This document shows positions 56,651-64,000 of a DNA stretch of 64,000 nucleotides, in pieces. The notes under the pieces were generated by a model. That model saw only the letters and a list, made by a program, of their open reading frames with translations, was not told where the DNA came from and searched no databases. Both the position numbers and the translations under genes were made by a program. Source of the stretch: Candidatus Aenigmatarchaeota archaeon (GTDB lineage Archaea; Aenigmatarchaeota; Aenigmatarchaeia; GW2011-AR5); the NCBI GenBank assembly GCA_016198685.1, contig JACQID010000008.1, forward strand, positions 1 through 64,000, read 5' to 3'. Positions within the stretch are counted from its first letter, which is position 1, and each line of letters starts with the position of its first letter.

Positions 56651-58858
56651 CGATTTTTCGGCTTGGGCGACTATATGCCTTATTTTATCGACTGCATCTG
56701 CATTGACTGATATGCTGGTCGTTCCCCATTGCACGAGTTTCTTCGCAAGATCCGGATAATAACTCGGCGCTTGGCCGCATATCGAGCAGGTCACGCCGTT
56801 CTTTGCGCAGGCCTTCACGACTCTTTCAATGCACCACAGTACAGCAGGATCAAGCTCATTGAACCATCTTTCAGCCAGCATTGCGGAGTCTCTGTCTACG
56901 CCCAATGTAAGCTGCGTAAGGTCATTGCTGCCTATTGAAACTCCGTCTATCCCTTCGCGTATGAAGTCCTCAATCAATATCGCGGTTGATGGAACTTCCA
57001 CCATTATCCAGAGCTTGAATTTCGGGTAATCGTAGAGCCCTGCTGTCTTTATCGTATTTTTTATTTCTCTGAGTTCCCAGGCGCTTCTGATGAATGGTAT
57101 CATCAGGCATATATTGTCAAGGCCTTCTTCGTACGCTTTTTTTATCGCAGCAAGCTCGAGCCTGAATTCCTGGGGTTCCACGATGTAGCGGGAAGCGCCT
57201 CTCCATCCTATCATGGGATTATTTTCCACAGGCTCCCTTTCTCCGCCCTCTAGATTGCTGTATTCATTGGTCTTGAAATCAAGCGAGCGGTATACTACAG
57301 GGCGCGGATAAAATGCTTTTCCCACGCGTGCCACGCCTTCGTATATCTTTTCAACAAATTCATTTTCCCTGCCTTCGGCTATCAGGAATCCCGGATGCTT
57401 TCCCACATTGGCGGCTATGAACTCCGCTCTCATCAGGCCTATGCCGTCGCATGCAAGTTTTGAGTACCTTTCCGCCGCTTCCGGCTGGCCAAGGTTTACA
57501 TATATCTTTGTCCTTGTAGGAGCGAAGTCGTATTTCTCTTCACGTCTCTCTATCTTAACCGTTCCATTGTAAATCCGGCCTGTATATGCATCAAGCGTAG
57601 CTATTTGATTTTCTTTCAGAGCTAATGTCGCAGTCCCGGCCCCGACAACGCATGGTATGCCAAGCTCCCTGGATACTATAGCAGCGTGAGATGTCATTCC
57701 TCCTTCGTCTGTGATTATTCCCCCAGCTATCTTCATCGCAGGCACAAAATCCGGCGATGTCATCTTTGCAACCAGTATGTTTCCGGGACTGACTTTACCC
57801 ATATCCTTCGCATTTGCAAGTATCTTGACTGCGCCTGTTGCCGCACCCGGAGATGCAGGGAGCCCCTTGGCCAGGTATTCGATTTCCTCGGATACAGAGC
57901 TTGTCCCCCCTGTACGCACTGCTGTCACAGGTCTGGCTTGCAGAAGGAATATCGTACCGTTCTCGATTGACCATTCAAAATCCTGCGGCCGGCCGTAATG
58001 GGATTCCAGTCTTAAGGCCATGCGTGCGAGTTCTTCCACAGACTTTTGCGGAAGGCAGAGTATGTCCTGCCTTCCGCCTTCTATTACCGTTTCCTGCAGG
58101 CCTCCTGCGCTGTTTAATATCTTCATTCTTGTTTTTTTCCCGCTTCGCGTATCTATGATGTTCAGGGTTTTCTTGTCAATTATGTAGGTGTCAGGGGTTA
58201 TCTCTCCTGACACAACCGAATCTCCCTGCCCCCAAGCCGCTTCGATAACTATCCGATCCGTTTCTCCTGTTACCGGGTTTACGGTAAACCCTACTCCGGC
58301 TTGGGAAGAATCAAGCTGCTTCTGGACAACGACCGACATAAACACGTCACGGTCGCTTATGCCTTTCGCTTTTCTGTAAGAAATAGCCCGAGAGGTAAAG
58401 GCAGATGCCATGCATTTCTTTACGGCATCGAGCACGTTTCTTTCTCCGCTGACGTTCAGCAATGTAAGCTGTTGTCCCGCAAAGCTGGCATCTTCAAGAT
58501 CTTCTGTTGTAGCCGAGCTCCTTACTGCAACAGGCAAATCACGCGTTCCGTATTTTTCAGAAAGATCGCGATAAGATCCCGTTATTTCCTTTTCAATATG
58601 GTCAGGCATGCGTGATTCTTCTATCTGTCTGCGTACAGAGGCTGATGCTTCTTCGGATCGTGATATGTCATTATCCTCTCCGAGTAACGAAGAATAATCC
58701 ATGCCATTTAGAAAATGTTTGTAAGCTTCAGTCGTAACGGCAAATCCATGGGGCACAGGGAGACCGGCCCTGATGATCTCGCCAAGATTGGCGGCCTTGC
58801 CCCCGACAGAAAGAATATCATTTTTGGAAACATTTTCCAGCCCCCTTACAAATTCCAC
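56645..58858 (-). CDS. ppsA: Phosphoenolpyruvate synthase
   Basis: GGKAANLGE, VRSSATTED, GGMTSHAAIVSRE, IGSNDLTQL; GTG start with GGGGTG RBS. Confidence 0.97.
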   Translation of the reverse strand: MEFVRGLENVSKNDILSVGGKAANLGEIIRAGLPVPHGFAVTTEAYKHFLNGMDYSSLLGEDNDISRSEEASASVRRQIEESRMPDHIEKEITGSYRDLSEKYGTRDLPVAVRSSATTEDLEDASFAGQQLTLLNVSGERNVLDAVKKCMASAFTSRAISYRKAKGISDRDVFMSVVVQKQLDSSQAGVGFTVNPVTGETDRIVIEAAWGQGDSVVSGEITPDTYIIDKKTLNIIDTRSGKKTRMKILNSAGGLQETVIEGGRQDILCLPQKSVEELARMALRLESHYGRPQDFEWSIENGTIFLLQARPVTAVRTGGTSSVSEEIEYLAKGLPASPGAATGAVKILANAKDMGKVSPGNILVAKMTSPDFVPAMKIAGGIITDEGGMTSHAAIVSRELGIPCVVGAGTATLALKENQIATLDAYTGRIYNGTVKIERREEKYDFAPTRTKIYVNLGQPEAAERYSKLACDGIGLMRAEFIAANVGKHPGFLIAEGRENEFVEKIYEGVARVGKAFYPRPVVYRSLDFKTNEYSNLEGGEREPVENNPMIGWRGASRYIVEPQEFRLELAAIKKAYEEGLDNICLMIPFIRSAWELREIKNTIKTAGLYDYPKFKLWIMVEVPSTAILIEDFIREGIDGVSIGSNDLTQLTLGVDRDSAMLAERWFNELDPAVLWCIERVVKACAKNGVTCSICGQAPSYYPDLAKKLVQWGTTSISVNADAVDKIRHIVAQAEKSL

Positions 58859-58990
58859 AATACCACCCCGTATTAACGCGCAAGCAATCGCGCCTGAATA
58901 TTATATGCCCCATTATTTAAATAGTTTCATACTTCTTCATACTTTTTCATTTGTTTCTATTTTAAAATATAGCAATGCAAAAAGCTACAC

Positions 58991-60064
58991 ATGACCCATG
59001 TTTCGGCGCCGGGCAAGCTGATGATAGCAGGAGAATGGTCGGTTCTTGAGCCAGGGAACCCTTGCATAGTTGCGGCAGTGGATAAGCGCGTTCACGCGGA
59101 AGTCAGAAAGAGCGCCGTGCTTACACTCGAGTTGAAAGATTTTGATATCAAGGCTTCCGGCTCGTTTGTCAATGGCAGGATTATATGGGATTCTGACGAT
59201 CCGAAACTCATTTTTGCCAAATCGTCTGCCGAAACCGTAGTCAAATATACCGGCAGAGAAGAGCCTTTCAGGCTGATAACTTATGGCTCTGCTGACATGG
59301 AAACCAAAGGAGCAAAACTCGGTTTCGGTTCGTCGTCTGCAGCGACCGTTGCCATGGTGGCTGCCATATTGGGTTATTTTTCCAAGAAAGAAAAATTCGA
59401 GACTACGGTCTTCCGGCTTTCCGCCATAGCTAGTTATAACGCGCAGGGCAAAATGGGATCGTGCTTCGATATAGCGGCTGCAGTATATGGCGGCGTGATA
59501 ACTTATGAAAGATTCGACCCGAAATGGCTAGAGGCGGAATTGCGTTCTTCGCAAATGCGGGATATGATCATTAAGAAATGGCCGGGTCTAAAAGTCAGGC
59601 GCTTGGGCATTCCGGGGAATCTGCAATTGCTCGTGGGCTACTCGGGAAAGGCAGCTTCTACGACTGAAATGATCCGGCAGATGAAAGAATTCAGGCAGGA
59701 GAACTCTGAAAATTACGCAAGAATCATGGGCGATATATCCGTAACAGTACAGTCCATGGTAAAGGCATGGGAAGCTTCTGATGCAGATGTTGTAATCTCA
59801 CTTGCCAACAGGAACGAAAAGTTGCTGCGGGAACTGACACGCCTTTCCAACATGCCAATAGAGACAAAAGAGCTTATGCGTCTCTCTGCGTTAGCCGAGG
59901 ATGAGGGGGCTGGCGGCAAGCTTTCCGGCGCAGGGGGCGGTGATTGCGCCATAGCTATCTGTTTCTCCGAGAAAACGGCTCAACAGGTCAAGAGTGCATG
60001 GGAATCTAACGGTTTTCGCATGGTCAATGTGAAGATAGACAAGCAAGGGATACGCGAAGAATAA
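58991..60064 (+). CDS. mvaK2: Phosphomevalonate kinase, GHMP type
   Basis: APGKLMIAGEWSVL, KLGFGSSSA, GSCFDIAA, KLSGAGGGDC. Confidence 0.92.
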   Translation: MTHVSAPGKLMIAGEWSVLEPGNPCIVAAVDKRVHAEVRKSAVLTLELKDFDIKASGSFVNGRIIWDSDDPKLIFAKSSAETVVKYTGREEPFRLITYGSADMETKGAKLGFGSSSAATVAMVAAILGYFSKKEKFETTVFRLSAIASYNAQGKMGSCFDIAAAVYGGVITYERFDPKWLEAELRSSQMRDMIIKKWPGLKVRRLGIPGNLQLLVGYSGKAASTTEMIRQMKEFRQENSENYARIMGDISVTVQSMVKAWEASDADVVISLANRNEKLLRELTRLSNMPIETKELMRLSALAEDEGAGGKLSGAGGGDCAIAICFSEKTAQQVKSAWESNGFRMVNVKIDKQGIREE

Positions 60065-60094
60065 GTTTTTATCATTTCACCCCTATGGGATTGA

Positions 60095-60619
60095 ATGGAA
60101 AACGACACGCTCATTCTCGTGGATGAGAATGATAACGAGATAGGCAATGATAGTAAAATTAATTGTCATTATCGCGAACCTAAGCTTCATCGGGCATTCT
60201 CGGTTTTTATTTTCAATGGCAATGGCGACATGCTGATAACCCAACGAAGCGAGTCGAAAAAGACATGGCCGCTTCACTGGAGCAATGCCTGCTGCAGCCA
60301 TCCGCGGAAGGGTGAGATTACAGATGTTGCGGCCTTGCGCAGAACAAAGGAAGAGCTTGGCATAAGCTGCGCCCTGAAGTTTCTTTTTAAATTTCAATAT
60401 GCCGCCCGATACAGCGAGGAGTGGGGCGAGAAAGAACTCGATTGGGTTTATATCGGGATGCACGAAGGCCCGATCAATCCGGATCCCGGCGAGATAGCCG
60501 GCTGGAAGTTTATTTCTGTGCAAAAGCTACAGAATGATATTAAGAAAAATGCTGACAATTATACTCCATGGTTCAAACTTTGTGCTGAAAAAGTCATTGA
60601 GCGCATGAGAGGTCTCTGA
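60095..60619 (+). CDS. idi: Isopentenyl-diphosphate isomerase type 1
   Basis: LHRAFSVFIF, WSNACCSHP, E-x-E motif, YTPWF. Confidence 0.95.
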   Translation: MENDTLILVDENDNEIGNDSKINCHYREPKLHRAFSVFIFNGNGDMLITQRSESKKTWPLHWSNACCSHPRKGEITDVAALRRTKEELGISCALKFLFKFQYAARYSEEWGEKELDWVYIGMHEGPINPDPGEIAGWKFISVQKLQNDIKKNADNYTPWFKLCAEKVIERMRGL

Positions 60620-61282
60620 ATGCAGGAAGAGATATTCTTTGGCAACGGCCGCGGCGAGAAGCTGGCAGGCGTTGTGCACTACCGAAAGGAAATTTCTAGC
60701 GCCGTGATATTATGCCACGGTTTCAGAAGTTCAAAAGAAAACAAAGCCGCGTGGGCCGAAAGGCTTTCCGATAATTTTGTAGTCCTGCGTTTTGATTTGA
60801 GCGGCCATGGCGAAAGCGACGGTGAATTGAAGGACATAACTATTACCCGTCTTCTTGCCGATATGAATGCCGCGATTGATTTCATGATTGCTCGCGGAGC
60901 AAAAACTATAGGCCTTGCCGGGCATAGTCTTGGCGGCTCGCTTTCCATTCTTGCTTCAGAGCGCGCAAAAGCAATATGCTCTTTGGCCGGCGCGACGGAC
61001 TTCGGCACGCGCAACCTGAACAGATTCGGGCTGCTGCATTTTGATCAGGACGCGAAAAAGTATGATTTTTACAGAACCCTGAAAAAAAGCAAGACGCCCG
61101 CGCTTTTCATTCATGGGGACCGCGATGAAGTCGTGCCTTTGTGGCATTCCGAAAAAGGCATACAAGCCGCTACAGAGGGCAGCAGAATGGAAATAATAAG
61201 AGGAATGGATCATTCCTATGCCGGACATTACGATAAAATAATTTCGCTCAGCGAAGCGTGGTTCAAAGAACGTTTAGGCTAA
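60620..61282 (+). CDS. Alpha/beta hydrolase
   Basis: CHGF, GHSLGG nucleophile elbow, HGDRDEVVP, MDHSY. Confidence 0.92.
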   Translation: MQEEIFFGNGRGEKLAGVVHYRKEISSAVILCHGFRSSKENKAAWAERLSDNFVVLRFDLSGHGESDGELKDITITRLLADMNAAIDFMIARGAKTIGLAGHSLGGSLSILASERAKAICSLAGATDFGTRNLNRFGLLHFDQDAKKYDFYRTLKKSKTPALFIHGDRDEVVPLWHSEKGIQAATEGSRMEIIRGMDHSYAGHYDKIISLSEAWFKERLG

Positions 61283-61480
61283 AGTGGCGCGTCTTGTGAT
61301 TATCTTTTTCATTGTGGTGACTTCGCCCGCCAGCTTGTTCATAGTTTCCTTGCTGACTTCCATTTTTAACTCCTTGAGTGCTGTCTTGTTAGCCGCAAAG
61401 TCATGGCCAAACTTTTCGCCGTGCTTCTCCATGAGAAGGTGCGCTGCCCTCTTTATGTCAGTAGTCTTTATGCTGCCCAT
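61274..61480 (-). CDS. rps17e: 30S ribosomal protein S17e
   Basis: MGSIKTTDIKRAA...F..NK...NKLAG. Confidence 0.9.
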   Translation of the reverse strand: MGSIKTTDIKRAAHLLMEKHGEKFGHDFAANKTALKELKMEVSKETMNKLAGEVTTMKKIITRRATLA

Positions 61481-61539
61481 GTAGTCACCTTCATAGATTT
61501 TTCGCAAAGGGTTAAATAGCTTGTGAAAGCCTAAATATC

Positions 61540-62481
61540 ATGAAAAAAGCGTTTCTATCCCGCATGCCTGCAGGGATTTTCATATTTGACGAGGCTCAAA
61601 AGCTCCTGGAAGCCCGTTTTTTCTCCAAAAATCCGGTTGAAGCGGCTGAAGAATATGAAAAACCTCTAACTTTAGCAGGTTATGAAATAAGGCCGGACGA
61701 CAGCCTGGGAAGGGCATTGGCCAGAAAAATATCGGTGGAAAAGGGCCATTTTTCTTCGGACCATGAGTATACTGAATTCTTGTCCGGTTTTGCTGCGGCA
61801 TTTTCGCTTAAGAAGCTCGAAGGGTCGGTAGGCAAAGACAAGCTGCTTCAGCAGAGCATGAACGCTTTGCTTGAGCTGGAAGACATGGAAAGCATGCTCG
61901 GTACGCGGTTGAAAGAATGGTTCACTCTGCATTATCCTGAAGAGCGCTCTCAGGGCAAAGAGCTCGGCAAGAAAGTTGCTGAATTTGGCAAAAGAGAAAA
62001 CTTTCCGGGGTTTGCGGGATCTACAGGGGTTGCAATGGATTCTATTGATGAAGCCGCAGCACGGAAATACGCGTCACTCTTTCTTGCAACTTCTGACTGT
62101 AGAAGAGATACAGAAGCTTATATCAGAAATCTTGCCGAGAAAGTCATGCCAACTACATCTACTATAGTTAATCCGATGCTGGCAGCCCGATTGCTCGCGC
62201 ATGCAGGCTCATTGGAGAAGCTCTCGAGAATGGCTGCATCCAGCATCCAATTGCTTGGCGCGGAAAAAGCTTTGTTCAGGCATATCAAGAATCAGGGCAA
62301 ATCGCCAAAGTACGGCATAATATTCATGGATCCAAGGATACAATCCGCCCCGCCGGAAACAAAGGGCAAAGTCGCGCGCGCGATAGCCGCCAAAATAATG
62401 GTGGCTGTAAAAATAGACTTCTTTTCGCGCAGAAAAGATGAGACTTTAGCAAAACAACTGGAAAAGGAGCTGGCAGCATGA
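61540..62481 (+). CDS. nop5: Box C/D sRNP protein Nop5/Nop56
   Basis: RLKEWFTLHYPE, IQLLGAEKALF, PKYGIIF, GKVARAIAAK. Confidence 0.95.
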   Translation: MKKAFLSRMPAGIFIFDEAQKLLEARFFSKNPVEAAEEYEKPLTLAGYEIRPDDSLGRALARKISVEKGHFSSDHEYTEFLSGFAAAFSLKKLEGSVGKDKLLQQSMNALLELEDMESMLGTRLKEWFTLHYPEERSQGKELGKKVAEFGKRENFPGFAGSTGVAMDSIDEAAARKYASLFLATSDCRRDTEAYIRNLAEKVMPTTSTIVNPMLAARLLAHAGSLEKLSRMAASSIQLLGAEKALFRHIKNQGKSPKYGIIFMDPRIQSAPPETKGKVARAIAAKIMVAVKIDFFSRRKDETLAKQLEKELAA

Positions 62482-63173
62482 AAGCTGCATTTTTTGACAT
62501 GGACGGCGTTTTGAGCCGCGGGCATTACATGTTCAAGATATGGAGATATTTCTATGGCCAGGGTTATATGTCGCGGGAGAACCTCAAATCATTACTTTCT
62601 GTTGTCAATTCGTACCTCTTGAGAAAGATAGATTATCGTGAGTTTACGAAGAAAACAATAGAAATAGCGGCATTATGCGTAGCCGGTTGCGAAAGGCAGT
62701 TAATACAAAATTCAATCGATGATTTTTTGCGGAAGAAAGGTCTGTCTCTGTTCCCATACAGCGTAGATCTGATACGCTTGTTTAAGAATAACGGTTACAG
62801 AACGATTATAATATCAGGTTCTACAATCGAGCTCCTGCAAGCATACAACAGGCACATAGGCGCTGATGAAATCCACGGCACGATATTTGAAACTATGGAC
62901 GGAATATTCACGGGCAAGGTTGACATGAATATGTCATTGAAGGAATCGAAGCAGAGTGCCATGGATTCTTTGAAAGGCATAGACATGGAGAAATCTTTCG
63001 GCTTTGGCGACACTGACCAGGACATAGCCATGCTTGAAAAAGTCGGGCATCCTGTGGCTCTTAATCCGACAAAACCGCTCAAGAAGATCGCTACTGCCCG
63101 CGATTGGACAATTCTCACAAAGAAGGACGATGTAGTGACGCAAGTCGCGCAGATGATGGAGGGGCATTTATGA
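62478..63173 (+). CDS. HAD-superfamily hydrolase (SerB-like, subfamily IB)
   Basis: FFDMDGV, IISGS, K motif, GDTDQD. Confidence 0.9.
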   Translation: MKAAFFDMDGVLSRGHYMFKIWRYFYGQGYMSRENLKSLLSVVNSYLLRKIDYREFTKKTIEIAALCVAGCERQLIQNSIDDFLRKKGLSLFPYSVDLIRLFKNNGYRTIIISGSTIELLQAYNRHIGADEIHGTIFETMDGIFTGKVDMNMSLKESKQSAMDSLKGIDMEKSFGFGDTDQDIAMLEKVGHPVALNPTKPLKKIATARDWTILTKKDDVVTQVAQMMEGHL

Positions 63174-63820
63174 ACGAAATATTCCCAGGGGTCTTCCGCG
63201 ACGGAAAGAAGCTATACACGATTAATTTTGCTCCCGGCAGGAAAGTTTACGGCGAAAAATTGATAAAAAAAGACGTTGAGTTCAGGGAATGGACACCTGA
63301 AAGAAGCAAGCTCGGCGCTGCAATAGCAAACCGCATGAAAGTCATGCCAATAGGCATTCAGAGCTCAGTTTTATATCTGGGGGCGTCAACAGGCACGACC
63401 GTTTCTCATGTCAGCGACATAGCACGCAACGGCATTGTGTATGCTCTTGAATTTGCCGAGCGCGTCTTCAGACCCCTTCTGGAATTGCAGAAGTTCAGGA
63501 AGAATATCGCGCCTATTCTTGCTGATGCACGAAAGCCAGAAACATACTCTTGGATCGAGACATGCGATGTCGTCTTCGCAGACGTGGCACAGCCTGACGA
63601 AACGGAAATCGCGATAAGGAACGCAAAAATATTTCTCAAGAAGGGCGGCTATGTGATGGTTTCAATCAAATCGCAAAGCATAGACGTGACAAAGAACCCA
63701 AAGGATGTTTACCGGGAGGAGGCCTCAAAGCTTGAAAAAGCGGGCTTCTCTGTCGAAGAAACTGTCAATTTGGAACCGTACGAAGACAAACACGCGCTTA
63801 TCGTAGCGAAGTATCTCTGA
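63170..63820 (+). CDS. flpA: Fibrillarin rRNA/tRNA 2'-O-methyltransferase
   Basis: RSKLGAAI, VLYLGASTGTTVSHVSD, DVAQPDE, LEPYEDKH. Confidence 0.97.
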   Translation: MNEIFPGVFRDGKKLYTINFAPGRKVYGEKLIKKDVEFREWTPERSKLGAAIANRMKVMPIGIQSSVLYLGASTGTTVSHVSDIARNGIVYALEFAERVFRPLLELQKFRKNIAPILADARKPETYSWIETCDVVFADVAQPDETEIAIRNAKIFLKKGGYVMVSIKSQSIDVTKNPKDVYREEASKLEKAGFSVEETVNLEPYEDKHALIVAKYL

Positions 63821-63857
63821 CTGAGAACAAGCAATGGCATGAAAGATACGTATGCGA

Positions 63858-64000
63858 TTATTTCTTCATCGCAGCAATGAGGCGTTCCTTGAATTCGTTC
63901 CATTCTTTCTCTGCAACAGTAGCGCCGGCCGCCGCAGGATGGCCTCCTGCCGAAGCTTTGAGACCGCGGGCCGCCTTCTTCATGGTAGATGCGACATCAA
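63858..64000 (-). CDS. C-terminus of a DHH/DHHA1-domain phosphoesterase (runs off the window edge)
   Basis: ...ASAGGHPAAAGATV...EFKERL: DHHA1 GGH motif. Confidence 0.8.
   Translation of the reverse strand, partial: DVASTMKKAARGLKASAGGHPAAAGATVAEKEWNEFKERLIAAMKK

Noticed and set aside
58868-58880. Partial match (ccgtattaac) to the repeat's inner loop
   Set aside because: Only 10 nt, lacks the stems, and is adjacent to the ppsA RBS; likely chance

Overview
Archaeal chromosome segment, most consistent with a DPANN lineage such as Aenigmarchaeota (inference from gene content; no rRNA in the window). It is mostly housekeeping: alaS, leuS, glyS, pheST, the ftsZ-secE-spt5-L11-L1-L10-L12 cluster, top6AB, thermosome, nop5/fibrillarin, carAB, pyrH, apgM/eno/ppsA, a type IV pilus locus, and a classical (bacterial/eukaryotic-type) lower mevalonate cluster. 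There are six tRNA genes and four carry introns: three in the D-loop, plus a tRNA-Ile(UAU) with two introns. The splicing endonuclease appears to have Ala in place of the catalytic Lys. Top6B carries a 470-aa LAGLIDADG intein. Small accessory patches contain vapBC, orphans, a frameshifted HNH gene and a 57-bp structured element present twice. Several small ORFs are absent from the supplied track, notably a 36-aa ORF coupled to alaS that resembles the AlaRS dimerisation helix-loop-helix and a stand-alone 23-aa Lys-rich peptide. I saw no CRISPR array, rRNA or transposase. All calls are by eye; no searches were run.
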